Part shown: one piece after another, positions 7,881 through 20,019 of the stretch
Position numbering within the stretch: the first letter of the stretch is position 1
Layout: each line of letters begins with the position of its first letter
NCBI GenBank assembly: GCA_964591515.1
Contig: CAZQBW010000003.1
Coordinates: 1 to 61,895, forward strand
Reading direction: 5' to 3'
Length of the DNA stretch: 61,895 bases
Source of the DNA: an uncultured Clostridia bacterium
GTDB taxonomy: Bacteria; Acidobacteriota; Blastocatellia; UBA7656; JADIYM01
Made by a program: the position numbers and the translations under genes
Notes under the pieces: model-generated
Database searches by the model: none
Told to the model about the DNA's origin: nothing
The model's input: only the letters and a program-made list of their open reading frames with translations

Positions 7881-9629
7881 TTATTTGTTCCACGCTACGG
7901 AAACCGAGGTCTCGACGACAACCGGAATGCTCCGGATGAACTGCTGGCCGGCGTGAGTCATCGTACGCTCCACCGCGTCGCGTGTGGCATCGGCGATCGA
8001 CTCGTCGCACTCGACGACCAGCTCGTCGTGGATAGTATTCACGATTTTCGCGTCCGTTCCGGCGAGCGCCGCATCGAGCTCGATCATCGCCACCTTCGTG
8101 ATGTCGGCGCTCGTTCCCTGAATCGGGACGTTCTTGCCGAGGCGCGCGATCCCCGCGGTCTGCGCCCGATCGTCCTCGTCGAATTCGTAGCGGACGAGCC
8201 GTCCCGAGCGCGTACGCGACTCCCGGTCGCGCACTGCCTGCTCGCCAGCTTCGCGCAGCCACTGTTCGACGCCGCGGTAGGCCGAGAAATACTTGTGAAC
8301 GAGCCGCTCGGCCTCGGCGACCGACGACTCGATGCGCATCGCGAGGCCTTGCGCGCCCATTCCGTACATCAATCCGAAGTTCAGCGACTTCGCGGCCGAG
8401 CGCTGCGACTTCGAGACGTCGGCGAGCGGCACGTTGAACATCTGGCTCGCGGTAACGCGATGCAGGTCTTCACCGGACTGGAAGGCCTTCATCAGGGCCG
8501 TGTCCTGCGACCAGTCCGCGAGAATCCGCAGCTCGATCTGCGAGTAGTCGGCGACGACGAGAGTCCGGCCCTCCGGTGCCCGCACCGCGTCGCGATACTC
8601 GGGAGCGTTCGGAATCTGCTGGACGCTCGGGTCCATGCAGGCGAAGCGGCCCGACGTCGCTCCGATCTGGATGAACTGCGGGTGGATGCGTCCGGTGACC
8701 GGATGAATGTGGTCGAGCATCGCCCGTCCGTAGCTGGTGAGCTGCTTGGCCACGGTCCGGTATTCGAGCAGGCGCGCAACGATCTCGTGCTTCGTGAAGT
8801 GCTGCAGTTCGGTTGCCCGCGTGCCCTCGACGGGAATGCCGAGCCGGTGGAGCGCGTCCTGCACCTGCGTGGGAGAGTCGAGGTTGATCTCTGCCTTCCC
8901 GAAGAGCGACATCTGCTGCACGGCTCCGGAGAAGTCTTCCATCAGCCGGTCGCGCAGAATGGCGTGGGCGCGCTCGGTGGTCGTGCAGAGGGCCTCCCAC
9001 CGGACGCGGTCGATGTAGATGCCGGCGTTTTCCATCCGCGCGACGACGGGCGCACAGTCGAACTCGATCTTCGCGACGTCGATGAGCGCGAGCTCGCGGA
9101 TCTTCTCGACGAGCTTTGCACGGAGCGGCAACAGGATCCGGACGTCGGCCGCGGCGTACTCGATCTGATCGTCGGTGAGCGTGCCGGTCCAGTCGCTCAG
9201 CTGCTGTCGCTTGTCGAGCGCGACCCCGAGGAAGCGCTCGGCGACGGCCCTCAGGGAATGGGCCTGTCCGTGAGCGCCGGCGGCCACGAGCTGGCTTGCG
9301 AGGTACGTGTCGAAAACGCCCTGAAGTCGAACGTTCGCGTGGCGTTCGAGCATGCGTGCGTCGAACTTCGCGTTGTGCAGGATCTTGATCGGGCGCGGCT
9401 GCTCGAGCAGGTCGACGAGGCGCGGGTCTTCGAGCGCGTCGAACGCGAAGCAGTCGATCACGAAGACGTCGTCTGGCGTCGAGAACTGTACGAGTCGGAC
9501 GCGGCTGGTGAACGGATCGAGTCCGGTCGTCTCGGTGTCGAGCCCGATAAGGGGCTGGCCGCGAAGGGTTTCGAGGCAACTGCCGAGCGCGACCGGATCC
9601 GTGACGAGAGTGTAGGGCCGCCCGGACAT
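7881..9629 (-). CDS. Family A DNA polymerase with 3'-5' exonuclease, lacking the 5'-3' exonuclease domain (582 aa)
   Basis: ExoI LDTETTGL, ExoII HNAKFD, ExoIII YAAAD; polymerase motifs A DYSQIELR, B KSLNFGLMYG, C TIHDE. Confidence 0.92.
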   Translation of the reverse strand: MSGRPYTLVTDPVALGSCLETLRGQPLIGLDTETTGLDPFTSRVRLVQFSTPDDVFVIDCFAFDALEDPRLVDLLEQPRPIKILHNAKFDARMLERHANVRLQGVFDTYLASQLVAAGAHGQAHSLRAVAERFLGVALDKRQQLSDWTGTLTDDQIEYAAADVRILLPLRAKLVEKIRELALIDVAKIEFDCAPVVARMENAGIYIDRVRWEALCTTTERAHAILRDRLMEDFSGAVQQMSLFGKAEINLDSPTQVQDALHRLGIPVEGTRATELQHFTKHEIVARLLEYRTVAKQLTSYGRAMLDHIHPVTGRIHPQFIQIGATSGRFACMDPSVQQIPNAPEYRDAVRAPEGRTLVVADYSQIELRILADWSQDTALMKAFQSGEDLHRVTASQMFNVPLADVSKSQRSAAKSLNFGLMYGMGAQGLAMRIESSVAEAERLVHKYFSAYRGVEQWLREAGEQAVRDRESRTRSGRLVRYEFDEDDRAQTAGIARLGKNVPIQGTSADITKVAMIELDAALAGTDAKIVNTIHDELVVECDESIADATRDAVERTMTHAGQQFIRSIPVVVETSVSVAWNK

Positions 9630-9639
9630 GCGACTGCCG

Positions 9640-9706
9640 ACTATAGCACGCGGGGTGCTGCGGGTCCGGGAGGCAGCGCGGCGCGCTCCGGGCGGGGTGG
9701 TAGAAT
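9640..9706. promoter_or_regulatory. Divergent -10 boxes: TATAGT (minus strand, 9640-9645, preceded by TG) and TAGAAT (plus strand, 9701-9706)
   Basis: Each box lies 10 or 7 nt before a start codon that has no SD sequence. Confidence 0.55.
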
Positions 9707-9713
9707 CGGCGGC

Positions 9714-10370
9714 GTGCCGAAAAAGACTCCTCCGAAACGCCGCGGACCGCGGCCTGCCAGACCGTCGCCGAAGCTTGTGTTCGAACCCTGGACGCGCGCC
9801 CGCCTCCAGTCGGTCTTTGGTGGTATCGCGGCGATTCTCGTGATCGTTGCGGTGGTGTGCTGGACATCGCGCGAGACTCCCGGCGAGTCGGCGCCGCTCC
9901 CGCCATTCGACGTGGCGGCGCGCCGGGCCGGACTCGCCGAATCGACGGCCAGGGAGCGGGAAGGCGCTCTTGCCAGGGTGTCATGGGGCGCGACGGCGGG
10001 AGCGACGTCCGTGACGCTCGGCGACGCGGCACCCGTGCAGATACCGGTTGCGGATGGCCGCGCTCTCGCGACTATCGGCATCCGGGCTAACGAGGACGGG
10101 AAGCGGCCGTTCGTCATGCTGACGGTCTCTGTGTTTGCCGGAGAGCGGCGGCTTTTCGGGAGCACGCTGAACAAGCGCGATGCGGCCGGAACCACGGATG
10201 CCCTGACGATCTCGTTCAACGCCAAGGCGGTGCGCGCGGCAGGTGTCGGCGCCGAGCCGCTGACGGTTCGCGTCGAGGGCTTCGATGCGGGCGGACGCTA
10301 CCCCGGACGCGAGCACGATCCCGGTCCGGGGACTTTCGGCGAAGCTCGCCTGGTCATCGTCGAGCCATGA
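9714..10370 (+). CDS. Hypothetical single-pass membrane protein (218 aa)
   Basis: GTG start MPKKTPPKRR, TM VFGGIAAILVIVAVVCW, beta-rich C-terminus; stop overlaps the next ATG (ATGA). Confidence 0.7.
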   Translation: MPKKTPPKRRGPRPARPSPKLVFEPWTRARLQSVFGGIAAILVIVAVVCWTSRETPGESAPLPPFDVAARRAGLAESTAREREGALARVSWGATAGATSVTLGDAAPVQIPVADGRALATIGIRANEDGKRPFVMLTVSVFAGERRLFGSTLNKRDAAGTTDALTISFNAKAVRAAGVGAEPLTVRVEGFDAGGRYPGREHDPGPGTFGEARLVIVEP

Positions 10371-10729
10371 CAACGACCGATTCGCTCACGTATCCCGGCG
10401 AGTTCGAGGTGCTCCGCACGAAGGCGGACTCGGGGTGGTTCGAAGGCGGCGAGTTGACCGTCACGAACTACCGGCTGGCGTGGAAGCCCAACCGGTTCGC
10501 GCGCTTTCCGGCGTTCGGATTCGATCTCGAGGCGATTCGCAGCGTTCGGGTGATTCGGTCGGTAAAGACGTTCTTTTTCGCGCCGACGATCCGGATCGTG
10601 CTCAAGGATGGCGCGGTGTACGAGATCCACAAGCCGAAGGACGACGCCAATCGTGTGCTGTCAGTGATCGAGGATTACCGGAATCGTGAGCGGTACAAGC
10701 CTGGATCGCTGTTCGGTGACGCGACGTGA
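10367..10729 (+). CDS. PH/GRAM-like domain protein (120 aa)
   Basis: GELTVTNYRLAW motif typical of PH-like folds; coupled to both neighbours. Confidence 0.65.
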   Translation: MTTTDSLTYPGEFEVLRTKADSGWFEGGELTVTNYRLAWKPNRFARFPAFGFDLEAIRSVRVIRSVKTFFFAPTIRIVLKDGAVYEIHKPKDDANRVLSVIEDYRNRERYKPGSLFGDAT

Positions 10730-11571
10730 GCGGCACGTTGTACGTAGTCGCTACGCCAATCGGGAATCTCGAGGACATCACGCGGCGGGCGCTCAGGATA
10801 CTTGGAGAGGTCAATGTCGTCGCGTGCGAGGACACGAGACGCACGCGGGCGCTGCTGACCCACTTCGCACTGGCGACGCCGACGGTGTCGTATCACGAGC
10901 ACAACGAAACGTCGCGGGCGGACGAGCTCGTCGCAAGGATGCTCGATGGCGAATCGGTCGCGCTTGTGTCGGATGCGGGAACGCCGTGCATCTCGGACCC
11001 GGGATACAGGCTCGTGCGGGTGGCCGCGGCGGCGGGGATCGACGTCGTGCCGATTCCCGGGGCGTCGGCCGCGGTCGCTGCGTTGTCGGCGTCGGGGCTG
11101 GCTACCGACGCATTCCTGTTCGTGGGATTCCTGCCGTCGAAGCGAAGCGCCCGGAAGGCACGGTTGGCGGAGCTTGCCGGGGTGCGAGAGACGATCGTGT
11201 TCTACGAAGCGCCGCATCGGATCGGGGCGATGCTGGAGGATCTGGGGGAAGCCTTCGGGGAACGCGAGGTCGTCCTGGCTCGAGAGCTGACGAAGCTGCA
11301 CGAGGAGATCGTGCGGGGGAGTGTCGCGGAGGTGGCCGCGAACTTGACGTCCGAGCGGCATCGGGGCGAGTTCGTGGTTGTGGTGGACGGGGCTTCTGGA
11401 AAGCCGGCCGACGACGATGCGAACGCGATTCCTGCACGAGACCGCGTCGCGGAGCTCGAGGCTGGCGGAATGTCGCGGATGGACGCGGTGAAGCGCGTGG
11501 CGAAAGAGCGGGGCCTTCCGAAGCGGGAGGTCTACCGGGAGGTGGTGGGCGAGGACGTCGACAACGCCTAG
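10726..11571 (+). CDS. rsmI: 16S rRNA (cytidine1402-2'-O)-methyltransferase
   Basis: LYVVATPIGNLEDIT, ACEDTR, VSDAGTPCISDPG, FYEAPHR, ARELTKLHEE. Confidence 0.96.
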   Translation: MSGTLYVVATPIGNLEDITRRALRILGEVNVVACEDTRRTRALLTHFALATPTVSYHEHNETSRADELVARMLDGESVALVSDAGTPCISDPGYRLVRVAAAAGIDVVPIPGASAAVAALSASGLATDAFLFVGFLPSKRSARKARLAELAGVRETIVFYEAPHRIGAMLEDLGEAFGEREVVLARELTKLHEEIVRGSVAEVAANLTSERHRGEFVVVVDGASGKPADDDANAIPARDRVAELEAGGMSRMDAVKRVAKERGLPKREVYREVVGEDVDNA

Positions 11572-11577
11572 CGGAGG

Positions 11578-11740
11578 TCCCCGTTTTTTGAGCCGCGAGC
11601 GGTAGCGAGCGTCCGCGCCGAGGTGCTGGGCAATCGCACGCCCTCGCCGAGAAGTCACGAGTCCGAAAGGGCAAAGAAGTCGCGTGTCCGAGTGACGACC
11701 CACGGACGCTCGCTACCGCTCGCGGCTCAAAGAGCGGGGA
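11578..11740. repeat. REP-type inverted repeat pair between convergent genes
   Basis: Perfect 28-bp inverted repeat 11587-11614 / 11704-11731 (GAGCCGCGAGCGGTAGCGAGCG core), extended by G-U compatible mismatches. Confidence 0.88.
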
Positions 11741-11746
11741 GCGAAT

Positions 11747-12430
11747 CTACGCGCTGACTTCGGTGTCCCGCAACTCAGCGTGCGCGCGCCTCGGCACCCG
11801 CGACGGATCGAGCGACCTCGCGACCGCGTCGTGCGCCTGATCCGCCAACTCGCGAGCCCGGTGCCGGAGCTCCGCGAAATCCGCATTCTCAGGCGCCTTC
11901 TCGACCGGAATCGCCGGGTGATACACGATCCGGATCCTCCCGAACAGCTTCGGAAAGATCGTTCCCGGAGGCCAGAGATCGAACCCGCCGTCGATCGTCA
12001 CCGGCACCACCGGCACCCCGGCCACGAGCGCCAACCGGAACGCCCCGGCCTTGAACGGCATCAACTGGTGCGTCGTGGTCCGCCCTCCCTCCGGAAACAC
12101 CATCAAGGCCCTTCCCGCGGCCAAGTGGCACCGGGCCTCTCGCATCGCGGCCTTGTCGTGACCCTGGAGCCGGACCGGAAACGCCCCGCACGCGCGAACG
12201 AGGCTCGAGAGAATCGGGATCCGGAAGATCGCATCCCAGGCCATGTAGTAGATCCGGCGCTTCACGGCCACCGACGCCCAGATCGGATCCAGATAAGTCA
12301 CGTGATTCGGCGTCAGTACGACCGCTCCGGTCATCGGTACGTTCTCGAGGCCTTCGCACTCGATTCGGTAGCAGGCGCGCGTCCACGCAAATGCCGCCGG
12401 TCGCAGGACCTTTATGAGCCAATCTGACAT
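11747..12430 (-). CDS. 1-acyl-sn-glycerol-3-phosphate (lysophospholipid) acyltransferase family (227 aa)
   Basis: NHVTYLD (HxxxxD) and FPEGGRT motifs; start reassigned to MSDWLIK. Confidence 0.9.
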   Translation of the reverse strand: MSDWLIKVLRPAAFAWTRACYRIECEGLENVPMTGAVVLTPNHVTYLDPIWASVAVKRRIYYMAWDAIFRIPILSSLVRACGAFPVRLQGHDKAAMREARCHLAAGRALMVFPEGGRTTTHQLMPFKAGAFRLALVAGVPVVPVTIDGGFDLWPPGTIFPKLFGRIRIVYHPAIPVEKAPENADFAELRHRARELADQAHDAVARSLDPSRVPRRAHAELRDTEVSA

Positions 12431-12617
12431 CGGACTGCGTATTGTCGCCACCGACCCCTGAACACGCAAGGCGAGCCACCGCCGCCGCAGGCCCGCTCCG
12501 ACTGCCGTTTCGGCCCCGAATCGGGTACACTTCGCCACTTCGGAACCACGTCAAACTCCCCGCATGCCGGCCCCGGGCCGGACCGGGGACTTTCAGAAAG
12601 GGAAGGCACCAGCACGC

Positions 12618-15077
<2,460 letters not shown>

Positions 15078-15093
15078 GCGGAGGCGGTCAGGC

Positions 15094-15966
15094 GTGAAGG
15101 ACACTAGAGGGGAGGGCCATCGTGTGCTCGGTCGGCATGGAGCCGGTCCGGTACTGATGAGCCTGGTCCTTCTCGGTGTCCTCGTCACGGGCTGCGGTGT
15201 CACGTCACGGCCACCGCTCGAGCGCGCGCGAGCCGCATGGCGCAGTCAGGACTATGCGACGGCGGCTCAGGCCTACGAGGAGTACCTTGCCACGGAACCG
15301 GTCGGCGACGATGCGGCCGACGCGCGGTTCACGGTCGCAGACGTCTACTACCACAACCTCAAGCAATACGAACTGGCACGGGATCACTACACTGCTTACC
15401 TCGCGGCGTATCCGACCGGGGTTCGGGCGTACGAGGCCCGCGAGCGGCTTGCTGAGGTGAACGTCGAGCTCAAGAACCTGCCCGAGGCGGTCGCCCAGTA
15501 CGAACGGCTGGTCGTCGAGCATCCGAATCCACCGGATTGGCGGAAGATCCGGTCGACGATAGCGGATCTCTACTATCGGATGGAGGACTTCAACCAGGCC
15601 GAGCTCGAGTATACGAAGGTCGTCGAGAACGCTTCGTACGACGAGCTGACCGAACAGGCGCTGCTGCGGCTGGCGTCGATTGCACACCGGATTCGCTCGA
15701 GGGGCGAGGTCGCGCTGCCCTTGTACGAGCGCGTGGCGTCGTCGACGTCCGATCCGGCGGTACGGCGTACGGCGCTCAAGAGTCTGAGCGATGTCTATGC
15801 GGACATGTTCCGGTTCGACGAGGCGGTCGCGACGCTCAAGAGGATCGACGATCCTGCCGAGGCCGAATACGTCGAGCGGCGGACGGCGGAGCTCGAGAAG
15901 CAGCGGCATCTGCATGCGGACGCGCCCGAGGTGGACTGGTCGAAGGGGAAGGGCGAGGGCGGGTAG
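15094..15966 (+). CDS. TPR-repeat lipoprotein (BamD/CpoB-like)
   Basis: Lipobox-like LVTGC followed by tandem TPR helices; start could be 15094 or 15157. Confidence 0.75.
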   Translation: MKDTRGEGHRVLGRHGAGPVLMSLVLLGVLVTGCGVTSRPPLERARAAWRSQDYATAAQAYEEYLATEPVGDDAADARFTVADVYYHNLKQYELARDHYTAYLAAYPTGVRAYEARERLAEVNVELKNLPEAVAQYERLVVEHPNPPDWRKIRSTIADLYYRMEDFNQAELEYTKVVENASYDELTEQALLRLASIAHRIRSRGEVALPLYERVASSTSDPAVRRTALKSLSDVYADMFRFDEAVATLKRIDDPAEAEYVERRTAELEKQRHLHADAPEVDWSKGKGEGG

Positions 15967-15993
15967 GAGCTTCGTTCGTTAGTGGGTGAGAGT

Positions 15994-16082
15994 CTCTGAG
16001 CTCTCCGTGTCTCTGTGCTCTCTGTATGGCAACGCCTTTGCCGTTGGCATTCAGAGTGCACAGAGTCACGGAGAGCACAGAG
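15994..16082. repeat. CACAGAG-family palindrome, head-to-head type
   Basis: CTCTGTGCTCTCTGTATGGCAACGCC...GGCATTCAGAGTGCACAGAG. Confidence 0.85.
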
Positions 16083-16158
16083 TCTTACAATCCCCGCCCC
16101 TCCCAAACTTTCTCCATCCCCCCGGCGTCTGAAACCGCGAAGGACGGAGGTACTCCCG

Positions 16159-17349
16159 ATGACCCGGAAACAGACCCCGGAGCGCGATATCGCCCACCTG
16201 CTCCGACGCGCCGGATTCGGCCCGTCGCAGGCGGAGCTCGATACCTATACACCCCTCGGCTTTGAGCGCGCGGTCGACCGGCTCATCGCGGGACTCGCCG
16301 AGAAGCCTCCCGCTGACCCGGCGGGCTTCAGCGTCTTCGCTCCGGGCGCCGCCAACGCCGCCTGGCTCGAGCGCATGCGCACGAGCGCCACTCCACTCGC
16401 CGAAAAACTGACTCTCTTCTGGCACGGCCACTTCGCGACGTCCGTTCGCAAGGTCGAGGATCCGAAGCTCCTGTGGCGTCAGGTCTCGTCCTTCCGCGCG
16501 CTCGGCGCCGGAAGGTTCGCCGATCTGGTCGCGAGCGTCAGCCGCGACCCGGCGATGATCCGATGGCTCGACGGCAACTCGAACCGCAAGGGCGCCCCGA
16601 ACGAGAACTATGCGCGGGAGTTGATGGAGCTCTTCACGATCGGCCGCGGCCACTACACCGAGACCGACGTCCGGGAAGCCGCGCGGGCCTTCACTGGATG
16701 GGGCTCAGAGAACGGCGTCTTCGTCTTTCGTCCCGAGTTTCACGACTCGGGATCGAAGAGTCTGCTCGGCGAGACCGGCAACCTCGACGGTGACGACGTC
16801 GTTCGAATCGTGACCGGCCGCCCTGAGTGCGCCCGATTCATTTCGAGCAAGCTCATCGCCTTCCTGTCGCACCCGGAGCCGTCGGGCAATGACGTTGCCG
16901 CGGCTGCGGCGGTCTTCTCGCGAACGAAAGGCTCGATCGCCGACGTCGTGAGGCACATCCTTCTTGCTCCGGCGTTTCGCTCCGACGCGTCCTACCGCTC
17001 GCTCGTGAAGAGTCCGGCCGAGTTCATCGTCGGCGCGCTGAAGGTCGCCGGTCTCGGCGGCACGCCGCCGTGGGCCGTCGAGTCGATGGGTCGCATGGGG
17101 CAGACGCTCTTTGCGCCGCCAACGGTGAAGGGCTGGGACGGCGGCGCGGCGTGGCTATCGGCGGGAGCGTTGCTCGAGCGCATGAGGTTCGCCGCGAAGC
17201 TGGCGCCCGAGGCTCGGGCTGTCGACGCGACGCTCGCGCTTGCGTTCGACGGACAGATGCCGGCGGAGATGAGCGGCGTGCTGGCAGCTGCGACGGGAGT
17301 GGATCGAGTGGCGCTCGCGCTTGCGTCGCCGGAGTTCCAGTTGAATTGA
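16159..17349 (+). CDS. DUF1800 family protein (396 aa)
   Basis: HLLRRAGFG, KLTLFWHGHFATS, DPAMIRWLD, PNENYARELMELFTIG, PPTVKGW; GGAGG RBS at 16146. Confidence 0.9.
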   Translation: MTRKQTPERDIAHLLRRAGFGPSQAELDTYTPLGFERAVDRLIAGLAEKPPADPAGFSVFAPGAANAAWLERMRTSATPLAEKLTLFWHGHFATSVRKVEDPKLLWRQVSSFRALGAGRFADLVASVSRDPAMIRWLDGNSNRKGAPNENYARELMELFTIGRGHYTETDVREAARAFTGWGSENGVFVFRPEFHDSGSKSLLGETGNLDGDDVVRIVTGRPECARFISSKLIAFLSHPEPSGNDVAAAAAVFSRTKGSIADVVRHILLAPAFRSDASYRSLVKSPAEFIVGALKVAGLGGTPPWAVESMGRMGQTLFAPPTVKGWDGGAAWLSAGALLERMRFAAKLAPEARAVDATLALAFDGQMPAEMSGVLAAATGVDRVALALASPEFQLN

Positions 17350-17378
17350 ACGGCGGATGCCGTCATCGGAGTGTCGAC

Positions 17379-18581
17379 ATGAAGAACTTAATCGATCGAC
17401 GAAGCGTCCTGAAGGGTCTTTTTGCGCTGCCGGCGTTTGCGGTGGTCGCCGGTCGCCCGGACTGGGCGAATGCCGGTGTCAACCCGGTCGCCAACGCTCC
17501 CGGTACTGATCCGAGGGCCGGGAGGGCGCTGGTGATGGTGCACCTGGCCGGGGGAAACGACGGGTTGAACACGGTCGTGCCGATCGGCGACCCGGCGTAC
17601 GCGAGGCTTCGGCCAGCGCTCGCACTGTCGAAGGCGGACGTTCTTCCGATCGATCGCGGGCTTGCCCTCCATCCGGCGCTCGGAGGATTCAAGACGCTGT
17701 ACGAGCGCGGGCAGTTGGCGATTGTTCAAGGCGTCGGCTATCCCAATCCTGACTTCTCGCACTTCCGCGCGACAGAGATCTGGGAGGCCGGCGATCCGAA
17801 CGGAGGCGCATCCGGCTGGATAGGGAGATACCTCGACGAGACGCCCGGACGGCGCGGACTGCGCGCGGTGGCGCTCAGCAAGGAGCAACCGCCGCTGGTG
17901 CTCGCCTCGTCGTCGTCGCCCGCGGTCACGGTCAGCGATCCGGCCAGTTTCCGTCCACCCGCGAACGCCGATGCGATCCGCGCCATGTACGCGGCGTACG
18001 CGAAGCAGCCGGCCGCGCGCCACGTCGTCGGCGAGGCTGGCGTCGAAACACTCAACGCCGCGGCAACGATCTCGAGCCTGCGCGGCGGCACCAGCGTCAA
18101 CTATCCGCCCGGCGAGCTGTCCGCGGATCTCAAGCGCGTCGCGGAATTGCTGGCTGCGGGAGTGGGCATCGAGGTGCTGCACCTGTCGTTCGGCGGATTC
18201 GACACGCACGTGAACCAGACGGGCAAGCACCGTCAATTGCTCAACCAGGTCGGTGGCGCCTTTGCCGCCTTCCAGCAGGATCTCGAGCGGCGCGGGATCG
18301 CGAAGAACGTCGCAACGGTGGTCTATTCCGAATTCGGTCGCCGTCCTGCCGAGAACTTCGGCGGCGGCACCGATCACGGTTCGGCCGGTCCGCTCTTCGT
18401 AATTGCGGACGGCGTTCGCGGCGGACTGCACGGAGAGACTCCGTCGCTGACGGCGCTCGAGAACGGCAATCTCAGGTTCACAACGGACTTTCGGGCGGTC
18501 TTCGGCGGCATCGTCCGCGACTGCCTGAAGGGCGACCCTTCGGCGGTCTTTCGCGGCATCGCGCCGCTCGGTCTTTTCTAG
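17379..18581 (+). CDS. DUF1501 family protein with Tat signal (400 aa)
   Basis: DRRSVLK twin-Arg; LAGGNDGLNTVVP, SHFRATEIW, GGFDTH, SEFGRR, GTDHG. Confidence 0.9.
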   Translation: MKNLIDRRSVLKGLFALPAFAVVAGRPDWANAGVNPVANAPGTDPRAGRALVMVHLAGGNDGLNTVVPIGDPAYARLRPALALSKADVLPIDRGLALHPALGGFKTLYERGQLAIVQGVGYPNPDFSHFRATEIWEAGDPNGGASGWIGRYLDETPGRRGLRAVALSKEQPPLVLASSSSPAVTVSDPASFRPPANADAIRAMYAAYAKQPAARHVVGEAGVETLNAAATISSLRGGTSVNYPPGELSADLKRVAELLAAGVGIEVLHLSFGGFDTHVNQTGKHRQLLNQVGGAFAAFQQDLERRGIAKNVATVVYSEFGRRPAENFGGGTDHGSAGPLFVIADGVRGGLHGETPSLTALENGNLRFTTDFRAVFGGIVRDCLKGDPSAVFRGIAPLGLF

Positions 18582-18608
18582 GCGGCGCAATTCGGACGCA
18601 GGTTCGAG

Positions 18609-18713
18609 GCGTCGGTGGTTCGACCAGGGGCTCCGGCTCCCGGGGTACGAAGCGGCCACGGGTGTACCGTGGAACTCCGCGAGACCGGGGCCCCTGTTCC
18701 AACCACCGCACGC
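18609..18713. repeat. Imperfect ~29-bp inverted repeat with nested stems upstream of the Spy-like gene
   Basis: GCGTCGGTGGTTCGACCAGGGGCTCCGG pairs with CCGGGGCCCCTGTTCCAACCACCGCACGC; inner stem CCACGG/CCGTGG. Confidence 0.65.
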
Positions 18714-18744
18714 GCGCCGGGGTTCTGGTCGGAATGGAGTCATC

Positions 18745-20013
18745 ATGAAGCGAATAATCCTCATTGGCTTGGTATTGGCGGTCGCGGCCCCGGTCGCGGT
18801 TCTGTCGGCTCAGCGGTTCGCGCGTGAGCGCGGGGCGCAGCGCGGCTTTGGCGACGGTGTGACGCCGTCACAGGTCTGGCGAGTGCGGACGCTCACAATG
18901 GACCAGCGGTTGAAACTCAGCGAGATGCAGAAGGAGATGTTGCGCGACCTGCGTGACGCGCGCGGCGACGGCTCCGGACGTCGCGAAATGGTCAGGGCGC
19001 TCGGCGAGGCGCAGCAACGTATGGCGTCAGTCGTCACGCCCGCGCAGCTCGATCTGGCGCGCCAGCAGCCGCGAGGACCGCTTGCGCCGGAGGAGTTCCT
19101 CTACTACGCGATCGTCGCGTTGCCTGAACTCGATGCGTCGCGGCGCGCGAAAGTGGACGCGGTGTATGGGTCGGTTCTCGAGACGGCAAGGTCCGAGGCG
19201 GCTGAGATGGGCGGCTTCGGCCGCGGACGCGGTCGCGAAGACTCGAACGCGGATCCGGCCGATATCCAGGCTCGCGAGCAACGGCAGTCCGGACAGCGGC
19301 AGAGACGAATCGCGCTCTTCGAAGTCACTGAGGCGCTGCTCACGCCGGACCAGATGATTGCGGTGAAGCGGTTTCTGCCAGAGACGCTGAAGATGGTCGG
19401 AATGCGCGAAAAGATCATCTTCCGGCTGCCATCGTTGACTCTCGAGCAGGAGGCGCAGGTGCGCGCGATCTTTGCGGCGCTCGAAGACGAAACCGCGGCG
19501 GACAAGGCTCGGTTGAAGGCACTGCGGGGAGAGTCAGGACGGAGCGGCGATGGCTCCGGTAGGTCGGAGCGTCGGGAGCTCGCCGACCGTATCGACGAGC
19601 GAGAGGGAAAGGCCTACGCGGAACTTCAGAAGGTGCTTACGCCGGAGCAGGTGAAGGAGCTCGCGGCGCGCGCGCCCGGCCCCCCGGGATCGGTCGTCTT
19701 CACGCCTGAGATGCTCCGCGGGCTCGATGACGTGACGCCGGCTCAGCAGGCCAGGTTGCGAGATGCGCTGATGGGGTTCAATCGTTCCACGATGGATGAG
19801 CGGCGCGAGGCGCGGGATCTGCGCGAGCAGGTGAAGGGCGGCGATCCGCAGTCGATGGAACTGGCGGGCGTGCGGGATCAGTTGCGGCAGGTCGGGTCGG
19901 TACTGCAGTCGGAGCACGACAAGATCGTGAGGACCGTCGCGGACACGCTGACCGGGCCGCAGCTCGCGAAGCTCGTTGCGACTGCCTCGACGAAGAAACC
20001 GCGGCAACTGTAG
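18745..20013 (+). CDS. Secreted all-helical protein with four Spy/CpxP-like (LTxxQ) units (422 aa)
   Basis: Signal peptide; paired LTMDQ/VTPAQ, LDASR/LTPDQ, LTLEQ/LTPEQ, VTPAQ/LTGPQ. Confidence 0.7.
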   Translation: MKRIILIGLVLAVAAPVAVLSAQRFARERGAQRGFGDGVTPSQVWRVRTLTMDQRLKLSEMQKEMLRDLRDARGDGSGRREMVRALGEAQQRMASVVTPAQLDLARQQPRGPLAPEEFLYYAIVALPELDASRRAKVDAVYGSVLETARSEAAEMGGFGRGRGREDSNADPADIQAREQRQSGQRQRRIALFEVTEALLTPDQMIAVKRFLPETLKMVGMREKIIFRLPSLTLEQEAQVRAIFAALEDETAADKARLKALRGESGRSGDGSGRSERRELADRIDEREGKAYAELQKVLTPEQVKELAARAPGPPGSVVFTPEMLRGLDDVTPAQQARLRDALMGFNRSTMDERREARDLREQVKGGDPQSMELAGVRDQLRQVGSVLQSEHDKIVRTVADTLTGPQLAKLVATASTKKPRQL

Positions 20014-20019
20014 AACCCC

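Noticed and set aside
7044-10370. 1108-aa plus-strand ORF
   Set aside because: Antisense shadow of sod and the polA-like gene; only the last 218 codons (9714..10370) look like a real gene.
15094-15966. Calling this gene bamD
   Set aside because: A TPR lipoprotein is clear, but orthology cannot be established by eye.
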